Shown: positions 1 to 11,362 of the stretch, one piece after another
How positions within the stretch are numbered: the stretch's first letter is position 1
How the letters are laid out: the number at the start of each line of letters is the position of its first letter
NCBI GenBank assembly: GCA_951804945.1
Contig: OX638155.1
Location: 47,740,001 to 47,804,000, forward strand
Direction: 5' to 3'
DNA: 64,000 bases
From: Podarcis cretensis
Lineage: Eukaryota
The notes under the pieces: model-generated
Databases searched by the model: none
Told to the model about the DNA's origin: nothing
The model's input: only the letters and a program-made list of their open reading frames with translations
Position numbers and translations under genes: made by a program

Positions 1-151
1 CCAAGACACATCTATTGATGGCGATATTGTAGAAGCAGAAAATTGTATGCGATCAGGGGAGTTGGAGAAGTTTTGCCCTCATTGTGAAGCTAATTACTTG
101 TTTAGGCTGCCATTGCTAATTGTAAGATGCTTAGATCTTAGAGCTCAGGTG

Positions 152-240
152 CATAGCTGTCAACTTTTCCCTTTTTAAAGGGAAATTCCCTTATTCCGAA
201 TAGGATTCCTCGCAAGAAAAGGGAAAAGTTGACAGCTATG
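152..240. mobile_element. 89-bp hAT-type MITE
   Basis: Perfect 24-bp TIRs (CATAGCTGTCAACTTTTCCCTTTT) and 8-bp TSD CTCAGGTG (144-151 and 241-248). Confidence 0.85.
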
Positions 241-799
241 CTCAGGTGGTGGCAGGTGTCCTGAAGGATGTCATTTGGTGTTTTAGAGGGACAGTTTACT
301 GAGGCAAGGAAGCCATACTACCTTATCTTAGACATTTGCAAACCATTTTTCGGCTGAAGAGTGGAATAAAAATGTTTTAAATAAATAAGTAAATAAAATT
401 TATTTGAAAATCCCCTTTTAAAGCCATCCAAGTTGCTGCCTCTAATAGGAGCAAATTCCATCGTTTCACTATGTGCTGTATGAAGATGTACTTTATCTGT
501 TCTGAATCAACATTATTCTGCTTCATTGTATGTCCATGCATTCTAGTGTTAAGAGAGAGGGAGAAAAACTATTCTTTGTCACTTTCTCTACTCTATGCAT
601 ACTTTTATACACTTCCTTTACATCCCCTCTTACTTGCCTTTTAAAATTAATAAGTTTCAAATGCTATAATCTTGCTTCATCGGAGAAATTGGCATTCTGT
701 TGTCCTGATGCCACAGGAAAGGTGTTAATGGTTGTTTATAGCTCAATCCTCCATGAATGGAATGTGTCTGGATTTAAGTTTCAGAGATACAAGCACATA

Positions 800-1148
800 C
801 AGTTGTGCCCCGCGAGATGAATGCCTCGCAAGACGGAAAATCCGCTAGACGAAAGGGTTTTCCGTTTTGGAGGTGCTTCGCAAAACGAATTTCCTATGGG
901 CTTGCTTCGCAAGACGAAAATGTCTTGCGAGTTCCTGCGGTTTTTTTCTCCTCCCCCCCCTTTTTCTAAGCCGCTAAGCCGCTTAACAGCTGAGCCGCTA
1001 AGCCGCTTATCAGCTGATCCGCTAAGCCGCTAAGCTGCTAATAGTGCTAATCCGCTAAGCCGCTATTGGGCTTGCTTCGCAAGACAAAAAAACCGCAAGA
1101 CGAAGAGACTCCCGGAACGGATTCTTTTCGTCTTGCGAGGCACCACTG
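800..1148. mobile_element. Tc1/mariner-pogo-type MITE (family copy 1)
   Basis: TA TSD, TIR CAGTGGTGCCTCGCAAGACGAA, internal CCGCTAAG repeats; near-identical copy at 14915. Confidence 0.85.
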
Positions 1149-1555
1149 TACATCTCTTTCTGCTTTCCTATGGTCATGAGGTTCCCTCAGTGGCCATGGC
1201 CAAATCAGTCAAAACCAATGACTGGGCAGTGTTATTTATTAAATTAATGGGAAATCTCACTCATGTTATTGGCCTCAGTTAATGTTTTCCATCTCTGTTT
1301 CCTACCTGTAAAATGGGACCAACATTGACTACAGGGCCAATGTGAGGATAAAACACTATGCAGTATGTACATAAAAGGAGGTATTTAAATATTATTAAGA
1401 CTATATCTGAGAGAAACTGTCAATGTTTGTTGTGAGGCTCAATGCATAGTAAAGTAACCAGGGAATACTTTCTTCACTTAAAAAGTGCTATATGGATTGT
1501 TGAAAATAAATAGCTTTAAAATAATGGGGTTTTTTATTTTTTTAAATGTAAACAG

Positions 1556-1602
1556 GAAACAGCAACGAATGTGACCCAGCAGGAACCATGGATTCTTATT
1601 CT
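1556..1602 (+). CDS. LAMA3: LAMA3 exon ~14 (LE repeat; GNSNECDPAGTMDSYS)
   Basis: aacag|GAAAC...TCT|gtaagt, 47 nt, phase 1->0. Confidence 0.88.
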
Positions 1603-2146
1603 GTAAGTATTACAGAATAGAATTGTATTACATAATAGAATTGTCATGCAAAGGCTATAGTTCATTGAACTTTCATTTTCATAACAGTGGATTTATATGG
1701 AGAAAGAAACAAATAACTGGCAACACATTAGCACCTATCCTGCTAAATAACCTGACTATGGCATCTACAATTATAACACAAGGCCACATTGCTAGGGCTT
1801 GAATGACTGGCTCTCCACCCTTTTCTGTTGCTAGTTAATGGGCATGGGGCAAGTTGTCGTCACAGGCACCGTAGAGGAGACTCCTCCAGTAAGTAACTTT
1901 TAGATAAGGAACTGTGTGGAGTGGGATGGTAAGTTCATAAGCGTAGGAGAAATGGAATGTTTGTCATATCTCCTAATATCAAATGTGTGAATATTATTAC
2001 TTGTTAGATTTGATGACAATATACGTACATAATAGGGAAATGTTCTGTAGTGAATTTGCCTCTGTTCTGCTCAAGTATCATTAGTTCCATTGAGCAAAGA
2101 GGTGTAATACTGTTCCCCACTCAAACAGGTTTTTGATAATCTTTTA

Positions 2147-2148
<2 letters not shown>

Positions 2149-2185
<37 letters not shown>
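2149..2185. repeat. (GT)n microsatellite
   Basis: Direct inspection. Confidence 0.95.
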
Positions 2186-2188
<3 letters not shown>

Positions 2189-2828
2189 TTTTATTGATCC
2201 ATAACTTAATGTAAATTGTCCAGTGGACTTTATTGATGGGCAGTATAAAAATATTAATTTAAAAAGCAGGAAGAAATCAACACATTTTCTAAAGGTACAC
2301 CTGCAAGTTGGAGGGATGCAGCTGTGAGTTGGCGGGGTGGGGGTGGGGACTTTCTCAGAGTTTGGATAGGTTCCTTCAGCTCCTCCAGTCACATGTTGAG
2401 CCATGCAAGGATCCAAACTAGTATAGTCTAGCAGCTACAGACCATTGTATTGGGGTTGTATTGGGTGGAACGTCCCATCAGTGCAAGCGTTGCAGCTTGC
2501 CAGATGAAACAATCTCCCCTCTCCTCTCCCTGTAGGCTGTCTCTGGGGGTTCTCCAAGCCAATTTCAGGGGCTGCAGGGGAAGGAGAGGGGGAAAGTCCT
2601 GTGGTATGAGCAGAAGCCCTTGTGCAGGACTTCTGCTGATGGAACTCGTTAGGTGAATTCTGCCCATTGTGTATCTTCAGACAACTTACTAATTCTAAGT
2701 CTGGATTCTCCATCTGTAAAACTGTTCTCCGTCTCCCATTTCCTATGTGTATTTCAAAGCTGTATACTAGTTTGTCAAGACCCTTAGCTCCCTGTCATGA
2801 CATATGCATTATTCCCTTTGTCCATTAG

Positions 2829-2928
2829 GACGATTGCCAGTGTCTGCAAAATGTAGAAGGTCCAACCTGTAGCATTTGCAAACCACTTTACTGGCATCTG
2901 GCCAGAGAAAACCCGTATGGATGCATAG
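2829..2928 (+). CDS. LAMA3: LAMA3 exon ~15 (LE; DDCQCLQNVEGPTCSICKPLYWHLARENPYGCI)
   Basis: ttag|GAC...ATAG|gtaagg, 100 nt, phase 0->1, laminin-EGF Cys pattern. Confidence 0.93.
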
Positions 2929-3480
2929 GTAAGGCTGTGTTGATACACAACCATACACACACCCCTAAACATTTTGTGAATCTAAGTTTGGCCTCATTGA
3001 GGGGCAGTATTTCAGTATGAGTAGGAAAATGAGAGTACCTCTAAACATTTTTTAAAGAAAAAAGCACTGTACACGCCTCATGTTATATTATAAAAATAAA
3101 GCCTATGGTTTTTTTCCTGTTCTCAGCTCAGTCCAGGTCCTCCAGACCTGCCACTATTATCTTTTATTTAACAACCCTAAGAAAATGATAGTACCTGAAC
3201 ACATTTGAGGTTCCAAAGGGGCTTCACTGACTGACACGGATGTGGACATTGTTGCGAAGGCCTTCACAGTGCAGTCTTAAACCACTGACTTTGGATTCAG
3301 CTGCCTTGTATATTGCAGAAGGTTTTGTGCTCTCTTTTAGTGAAAGCACAATTCTCACAGGCTGAGAGTATCAAACAAACCAGTATTCTTGCAGTTGCTT
3401 AAAAAAACAAAAAACAAAAAACACCACTTTGTTTCCCATTAGTAACACAGGTGCCTAATTATTAGGCATTAGTAACATTA

Positions 3481-3849
3481 GGGACGCGGGTGGCGCTGTG
3501 GGTAAAACCTCAGTCCCTAGGACTTGCTGATCGTAAGGTCGGCGGTTCGAATCCCCGCGGCGGGGTGAGCTCCCGTCGTTCGGTCCCAGCTCCTGCCCAC
3601 CTAGCAGTTCGAAAGAACCCCTAAGTGCAAGTAGATAAATAGGTACCGCTTTATAGCGGGAAGGTAAACGGCGTTTCCATGTGCGGCACTGGTGCTGGCT
3701 CACCAGTGCAGCTTCGTCACGCTGGCCACGTGACCCGGAAGTGTCTTCGGACGGCGCTGGCTCCCGGCCTCTTAAGTGAGATGAGCGCACAACCCTAGAG
3801 TCGGTCACGACTGGCCCGTACGGGCAGGGGTACCTTTACCTTTACCTTT
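3481..3849 (+). mobile_element. Sauria SINE (Squam1/POM-type), full length
   Basis: GGGACGCGGGTGGCGCTGTGG head, GGTTCGAATCC B-box, (ACCTTT)n tail; CpG-rich, so probably young. Confidence 0.9.
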
Positions 3850-5009
3850 AGTAACACAGAAGCCTCTTTTCCTATACACCACAGTCTTGATCTGGATCAG
3901 GGTCATCTACAGCTCCTATTTAAAAATAAAATTAGAAATACACAAATGCAGGCATGCTTTTGCAGCACATTCCTGTAAATATTTACTCAGAAGTAAGTCC
4001 TCTTAAGTTCAGTGAAACTCCCATGTGCAAGGGCTATAGAACTGCACCCTCAATCTAGTGTTTGATTTGGCACAGAGTGAGGCCTTTTTGCTTGGAGAAA
4101 ATTGTTTATTTACTTGTCTAAGAAGCCTCCTGTTGGTAGTTTTCTGGAACATACTTGCCTTTTTCATGGACTGCCTAGAGTTATGTTGAGATGCAGAACA
4201 TGGAAAATAAGTACAACAACAACTGGAAGCATTTTCAAAATGTTCAGCAATGCTCAAAGTGTATCTGATAGGTCTAGACTTTAGACAGCTTGCTGTGTGG
4301 AAAGGAGTCTTAAAATAGCTTTCCTCCCAAAGAACATTCATGTCACTTTTATGGTAATGTGCCTCCACCAATCTAGCAAAAGATATAGGAATTATTAGTA
4401 CTGAATTCCACTTACATGGTAATGTGGCAAGGTCAGCAAAGATTCCCTGGAGAGTGGTTGTGATGGTAAGGTTTTCATAGCCCCAGGAGAATTACTGAGG
4501 AAGATAACAGATAGTCAACCTAGCAGGAACACATGCAAGATACTTACCCCCCAGAATTTCTATGTTTGGGGAAAATCAGGAGCATATCTCTGTCTCATGT
4601 GTACCTCCTCCATCATGAACTTAATACCTGAAATGGAACAGCCCACATTTATTTTAAAGTGGAATCTCCCTGTCTGTGTAATCCTGGCCTTGTTTTCATT
4701 AAGGGTCTGGATTGTGAAATCAGAGGGAGCTTCCACTCAAACAGATACTATCTCCTAGTTCAGGAGTTTTGCTCTGCAGATGGGGCTGGCGAAGGGATGG
4801 AGGGGGCAGACAGGTTCATCTCACCACAGGTAGACATTCCAAGTTAGAGTATTATATGAACCCTAAGTCTTTCTGGATTTTGGTCTTACAGTTTAAAAGG
4901 CAGAGAGTTCCTTTAGGCATACCTGTTGTCTAGCCCTCATCCAGCAGATGTCAATCATATAAAGGGTTCTAAGAAAATGGGTTTCAGGTGGATACGTTTG
5001 CCTTTACAG

Positions 5010-5062
5010 AGTGCCACTGTGAGGCATCTGGAACACTGAGTGGAGTCAGAGAGTGTCGGCAG
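5010..5062 (+). CDS. LAMA3: LAMA3 exon ~16 (ECHCEASGTLSGVRECRQ)
   Basis: acag|AG...CAG|gtaaaa, 53 nt, phase 1->0. Confidence 0.92.
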
Positions 5063-5653
5063 GTAAAAATATTCAGTTTTCACGTATGTGTTATTCAACT
5101 TTTTTGGCTGAATAAATCCATATCAAGCAGCAGCTCTCCCACTGGTCTACAGCCCCAAATGTGTGGGTGGGAAAGGACCTTGGCATCCCAATATTCTTTG
5201 TTTCTTGGGTGCAAGTATTGCGTTTTAGGCCCAATTTAAAACTTTGCTTTTCATCTTTCTGAGTCCTTTGTGACATGCATGAATGTCCCCTCTAGGTGAG
5301 GTACTACAAATGACAATGAGTGAAAAAGCCTTTTCAGTAGTGACTCCCTAGTTTGTGGAATGCCTTCCCCAGAGAGACCCACCTAGCATCTACCCTAATG
5401 TCTTTTCATTGCCAGGCAAACAGGATGACAACCTAGTTTTAGCTCAGTGAATTTTATTTCTCCACTCCCTCTTTTAAAACTGTTTTTTTTTTAATCCCTC
5501 TCTCTGTTTATCCCTTTCTCTACATTTTGATCTGCTGTGTTTTATTTGTTGGCTTATATTGTAATCTTTTTATTTTTGAATTTTTGGTCTACATTGTAAG
5601 CCTCCTGGAGAAGCTTTTTTATTAGGCAATCGAAAAATAGCCTACCTACCTAA

Positions 5654-5712
5654 ATACAATACAATACAATACAATACAATACAATACAATACAATACAAT
5701 ACAATACAGTAC
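5654..5712. repeat. (ATACA)n microsatellite
   Basis: Direct inspection. Confidence 0.9.
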
Positions 5713-6251
5713 AGTACTGAATTACTGTAAATAGGAACTACTCCCATGTAAATGTTCATATCTGTATCCCAAGTAGCTTGCTTAGCAAGTTGGTGTCAGG
5801 TTTAGCTAATTTTTATAAATGAGCTCCCTCACCCTGCCGAAGTTACCCATGACTGGCTGACTTCAAATCTGGCAAATCACAGGAGGAACCTCCCACTCTA
5901 GGCTTCTATTAGAACAGGGCCCCACAGATATTATTGGGCTCCATCCCTATCCATGACAGTGCTGGCTGGGAATGCTGGGATTTGGAGTCCAACAGTGGCT
6001 CAAGGACCCCATCACTAGACTAGAACCTGGGAGATAATTCCACATAAGGCTATCCTGTAGAAGTGGGACATTTGGCTTCTTTCCTTTTCTATATCATGAT
6101 CTCTTTGTTTGCAAACCATCTCCCACCTAATGCAACAACCATCCATTCATGCCTATTTAAAAATATTTTAGGTCATTACTAAAGACTCTTTTGAAATAAG
6201 AAATGTATCAAAGGAAAACTTGAAAGCTTCTCCACTCCCTTCCCCTTATAG

Positions 6252-6357
6252 GTGGATGGTGAATGTTACTGCAAGCCTAACGTTTGTGGAGATTCGTGTG
6301 ATACTTGTGAAGATGGTTATTATGGGCTAGAAGACAATAATTATTTTGGATGTCAAG
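6252..6357 (+). CDS. LAMA3: LAMA3 exon ~17 (VDGECYCKPNVCGDSCDTCEDGYYGLEDNNYFGCQ)
   Basis: atag|GTG...CAAG|gtacag, 106 nt, phase 0->1. Confidence 0.93.
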
Positions 6358-6626
6358 GTACAGTGTGGTTTAATTACTACAGGACATGTTTCTGAAAAAT
6401 ATAGTCTTCAAATCACTCCTACATAACATATTTGCATATGAACATTTATTATTGTTTCTTACCAATGTGAGCCTTCTGTTTAAATTTTGGTAAGTGACAG
6501 TGGGCAAGTTTTCAGTATTAAATATCTGCTTCCTTCAACACAGATCACTCTTTAAACTGATGGCCTTAAGCTGTGTTCACACTCCTGATTACTGCGCACT
6601 TACTGTGTTGCCAGTGCTGAGTTTTT

Positions 6627-6836
6627 GAGAGTCAGTGTGGTGTAGTGGTTAGCGACCCAGACTTGGGAGACCAAGGTTCTAGTCCCCCCTCAATCTTGAA
6701 GCTCACTTCATGACCTCAAGCCAGTCCTAGCCTCTCAGTCTAACCTGCTTCACAGGGTTGTTGTGAGAATAAAATGCAGGATGGAGAACTATGTTAGCCA
6801 CCTTGAGCTCCTTGGAAGAAAGGTGGGATATAAATA
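6627..6836 (+). mobile_element. Old tRNA-derived SINE (Squam3-like)
   Basis: GTGGTGTAGTGGTTAG A-box-like head, ACAGGGTTGTTGTGAG core; opposite-strand copy at ~8236-8462. Confidence 0.6.
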
Positions 6837-7275
6837 GAAAACAGACTACTGTTTTAGTGATTCCCTGGTTATCTCATTTTGTTTATGCTACTCTTTCCCT
6901 TCAGAAACAGGGACTCATTCCAATAGTGACCTGCAGTAAAGCAGCCATAGCAATTGGGGCAATGTCAGTTCTTCCTCCTCTGCTCTTTCCTAGCTCTTGG
7001 TTGTGTGTGAGAGATGGAGAGATGACTTTGGATCTATACAGGTACTTTGTTGAGCATCTGCTGTGATGACTCTGGGGCTGTGCCAGCCCACTGCAGAAAG
7101 CCATACATATACATTTTTGAGAATTGATCTTGAGCATAAGCAATGCGGCACTAAAGTCATTTACAAAAAGGCAGAGAGTGTTCTTCCCATCTCTTTATCC
7201 CAGAAAACCTACAAATCTTTCTTCTGGCATCATATATTTTTGCTTTAAAAGTTTGGTTCTTTCCTTTACTCACAG

Positions 7276-7375
7276 GGTGCAAATGTGACGTGGGAGGGGC
7301 CATAAGCCGTGTGTGCGATGATCTGTCAGGTGATTGCCAGTGCAGAAGGCACATGGTTGGAAAATCCTGCAATGA
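7276..7375 (+). CDS. LAMA3: LAMA3 exon ~18 (GCKCDVGGAISRVCDDLSGDCQCRRHMVGKSCN)
   Basis: acag|GG...GA|gtaagt, 100 nt, phase 1->2. Confidence 0.93.
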
Positions 7376-7811
7376 GTAAGTAAGATGGAAAAGTGAAGCT
7401 TAGGCACCAGTAAATCCAATAATAATAATAATTTATTATTTATACACCGCCCATCTGGCTGGGTTTCCCCAGCCACTCTGGGTGGCTTCCAATCAAATAT
7501 TAAAAACACAATACAGCATCAAAACTTCCTTAAGATTTTGTGCTGATTCATCAACACTTGATTGGTAATCTGGGATTAACTAGATACTTTCAACAGTGGG
7601 TGCCAAGTTCTGTGAGGGCGCTCTTTGTGACTTCACCTTGGTAGTAGTATGGAGAGGATTCGTTTTGCCATCTCCCTCCTTAACTTCTGCCATTTGGTCT
7701 AATCCAGCAGGCCAATTCTTAAATGTTATGTCTCTTTTTCATATGTAGCAAATGAAACATTTTTAGAAAACAAAAGTATTGCCTTCCATTTCATTTTTAT
7801 ATTTATGAAAG

Positions 7812-7968
7812 GCCTGAAAAGGACTACTACTTACCTGATTTACATCACATGAAGTTTGAAGTTGAAGATGGTACATCTCCTAATGGAAGAGGAATCCGGT
7901 TTGGTTATGATCCTCAAGAATTTCCTGGCTTTAGCTGGCGAGGTTATGCACAGATGTCCTCAGTACAA
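7812..7968 (+). CDS. LAMA3: LAMA3 exon ~19 (start of L4a/LF; PEKDYYLPDLHHMKFEVEDG...FSWRGYAQMSSVQ)
   Basis: aaag|G...CAA|gtatgt, 157 nt, phase 2->0. Confidence 0.94.
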
Positions 7969-8235
7969 GTATGTATTTAACTGACCAGATGTTACTTTGT
8001 GAAATAACCTTGGGAAGAAGATGTGAGTTTATTTCCTTGGTCCTGCTGGATTATAGAAGAGGCCAGAAGAAGTTAATCCCACATATACTTAAACTTCTTT
8101 TCTTTTTTAAAAGTTTATAATGGGTGCGATGGAAACATTCTTCAGCAAAGCCTGCTTTATGCATTTACCCTTCCTCTGTGGGGAGATCTTCTAAGTGGTG
8201 ACTCCACATGCCCTCTTGCATTTTCTGCAGCTGTT

Positions 8236-8462
8236 TATTATTTTTATTTATTTGTTGCATTTATAGCTCAACTTGTCTCCATGGGGCTCCAGGTAGCTTA
8301 CATAGTTCATTTAATCCTCACAACAACCCAGTAAAGTAGGTTAGGCTGAAGGGTTGTGACTGGCCACCAAGGTCACCCAGTGAGCTTCATGGCCAAGTGG
8401 AGAATCAAACCCTGGTCTCCCAGGTCCTGGTCCAACACTCTAACCACTACACCACCACTGGC
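8236..8462 (-). mobile_element. Old tRNA-derived SINE (Squam3-like)
   Basis: Reverse-complement similarity to 6627-6836 (CTAACCACTACACCAC, CCTCACAACAACCC). Confidence 0.6.
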
Positions 8463-8702
8463 TCCAGTCTCCCATGTGATTCCTTCCAGTCACTTGGAGA
8501 TATATCCACACCAGGGACAGATGCTTCCAGGAAATCCACTGTAGTTGTAGAAACTCCCCATGTGATTGAGATGACCCATATAGTAAGTTTTCCTAGGTGT
8601 AATAGCTGGAGTTGTGAGGCAGAAGTGAATATTTTTAGACTAGCCCTAAGCTTGTTACAATTGAGTAGGAACATAGGAAGCTGCCTTATACTGTCAGGCC
8701 AG

Positions 8703-9757
8703 TATGTGGGCTGGATGAGGTAGCTGTTAGGTGGATTTGTAGCTCGTTGACTGGCCGAACCCAAAGAGTTCTCACTCATGTTCCTTATTATCATGGAAAA
8801 AAGTAACAAGTTGGGTGCCACAGGGTTCTCTCCTGGACCCATTGTTGTTCAATTATACATGACTTAGATGAAGAAATTCAGGGGGTGATACCAAACTGGG
8901 AGGGGTAGCTAATGCTGCAGAAGACAGAATCAAGATTCCAGGTGACATTAACAGATTGGAGAACTGGGCCCAAACTAACAAAATGAATTTCAATAGGGAC
9001 AAATGTCAGATTCGATACTTAGGCAGGAAGAACCCCCTTCACAAATATAAGATGGGGGACATGTGAAAAGGATCTAGGGGGTCTTAGTGGACCACAAGCT
9101 TAACATCAGTCAAAAGTGTGATGTAGCAGCAGCAGCAGCAGCAGCAGAAAAAAGCTAATGCTATTCCAGACTGCATCAACAGAAGTATAGTGTTCCAATC
9201 AAGGGAAGTCATAGTACCACTCTTATTCTGCTTTGGTCAAACCATACCAGGAGTGCTGTGTCCAATTCTGCAAACCACAATTTAAGGATATTGACAAGCT
9301 AGAACGTGTAGAGGAGAGTAACCAAGATGATTAAGGGTCTAGAAACCAAGCCTTATGAGGAACAGTTGGGGGAGTTGGGCATGTTTAGCCTGGAGAAGAG
9401 GAGGCTGAGAGGAGATATGATAGCCATCTTCAAATATCTAAAGGGCTGTGACATGGAAGATGGAGCAATCTTGTTTTCTCCTGCTCTGGAAGGTAGGACC
9501 TGAATCAATAGTTTTAAGTTACAAGAAAGGAGATTCTGAATAAACAACAGGAATAACTTTCTGGCAGCAAAAGCTGTTCAACAGTGAACCAGACTTGCTT
9601 GGAAGGTGTTGGACTCTCCTTCCCTGGAGGTTTTTAAGCAGAAGTTGGATGGCCATCTGTCATGGATGCTTTAGTTGAGATTCCTACATTGCAGGGGTTG
9701 GAGTAGATGACCCTCAAGGTCCCTTCCAACTCTACAATTTTATGATTCTGTGATTCT
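8703..9757 (+). mobile_element. CR1 LINE, 5'-truncated and degraded (RT C-terminus + 3' UTR)
   Basis: CR1-type motifs (GAAAAGGATCTAGGGG, TTTAGCCTGGAGAAGAGGAGGCTGAGAGG, GGTCCCTTCCAACTCT) and TATGATTCT tail; (CAG)n run at ~9125-9147. Confidence 0.85.
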
Positions 9758-10999
9758 CAATTTGTGAGCATTACAGAAAAAATTGGAGGAATGTATTCAG
9801 TAAGTGCTGTCTTGGCATCTTTTTGGAGAATATGGTTTGTTTCATCACCTGATGCTTGTTCATCCTTGGGGACGCGTTCAGAGAGATTGTTGGAGTAGCA
9901 TCATATATAATGGATTCCTTCTGGTTAATCTTCATTCATTTGTATGCCTTACTCCTCTTAATCTAGGGCTTTCCCTTAGGGTTATTCTTTTAAATTCTGT
10001 TAACCGTGTCAGAATTTTACAAGGGTAAAATATAAATTTATGAACTACAACTTCTCCATTGCCATTTCCCCCTCTGCTTTTCCTTGCCTTCAAAAACAGA
10101 ACATGCTCTTAAGAAACCTGGATCAGCCCCCAGAAATGCCTAGTTAAGATGATCCAGAGAAGAACATTTTTGGCTGTTTTAGACTAATTTTAGATAGTAG
10201 AACAGCTCAGCATTTCCTGTTTTGTTCCCATTAAGTCAACTTCATTGTTGAAGCTTTTATTAGAGGAGGAAGGGAAGCAATGCTGACATCCCCACCCCAA
10301 ACCTCTCCCCTCCTTCTCCTTGCTGCAGTGATTCTGTAGTTGGCGGTCACCAATGAAAAACCAATAGGAGATGCATAGAAAAAGGGTGAGGAAGAATAAT
10401 CAAACCAAATAAGTTAAATAATGCATGGAACTCTAGGCATATGCCAGATGAACTTCAGTCATCTGGTTTCAAACCTTTCCATTGCATCGTTGACATCCAG
10501 TTGGATTCTCTAGGAAGTAGTTACTTGGCAACCCTAAAGTTAATACATGGAAAACCATCTCAAATGCCAAGTTAAAATAGATTGGAGAAGTGCAAGGTAC
10601 ATCATCCATGATTTAACATTAGCACACAGTTCTTATCCTTAAGCCATGCCACATGGACACCACAGTACTATGCCAGCTTAACAGAGCAATGATATGCATG
10701 TCTTCTCAGAAACACAGGAGCAAACAATACAGGTAAGTGTGTATAAGAGTGCAGCCGTAAAAATGCGGACCATAGTACAGCCAAAACTTGTTATCCTTCT
10801 GAATTCATCTGGACATCATTTACAGTGAGGATCAGTAAGAAGAGAACTGCTTTAGACCTGTGTTTCATCCAAACCCACCATAACTTTTTTGATTGCTGTG
10901 TTACATTTGCTAAATGTTTCTAGACATTTTCTGCCTTTTGGGTGGTAGTCTTAAAATAATATGCTTTCCTGTCCTCTTCTTTGCTTCTTTTTTCCCCAG

Positions 11000-11138
11000 C
11001 CAGAGGTGGTAGCACCTGTCACTGTGGCTTCTCCTAAGCTCTTCCACCTAGCACTGCACTATGTCACCTTGGTTTCAAAAAGCTGTAGAGGGAGGATCTC
11101 AATTGCTGAGGGGAAACATTTTGGCCCTAATAACACTT
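11000..11138 (+). CDS. LAMA3: Candidate alternative (mutually exclusive) exon 20a, LAMA5-like (PEVVAPVTVASPKLFHLALHYVTLVSKSCRGRISIAEGKHFGPNNT)
   Basis: Long polypyrimidine tract + cag|CCA...ACTT|gtaagt, 139 nt, open frame, phase 0->1 like exon 20b. Aligns without gaps to the recalled LAMA5 segment [22 protein letters not shown]...SGRVS. Expression not shown. Confidence 0.65.
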
Positions 11139-11362
11139 GTAAGTGAATTACGTTTCTTGCTAGGTTTGCCTATCTTTCTCTTCCTTATGCCAGAAAATGC
11201 TTTTCCTTCCGCATAAATGTCTCTGTCTATATGTGTGGTACTTGTTATTCTTATTTTCCCCCCTGTAGGAATTGTGTATTTTGCTTGCACAGCTTCTGAA
11301 GATTTATCCTTTTGGTACTTTATGGCTTTTTCCTCCTTGTTTATTTACCTCCCATTTTACAG

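Noticed and set aside
821-1033. Repeated short ORFs (821-1033 and 14789-15109; 12909, 50610, 56544) as a small protein family
   Set aside because: They are translations of MITE and Sauria SINE copies.
4981-5009. Alternative upstream acceptor for exon 16 (tttcag|GTG at 4988)
   Set aside because: Adds 22 nt and shifts the frame relative to the phase-1 upstream exon.
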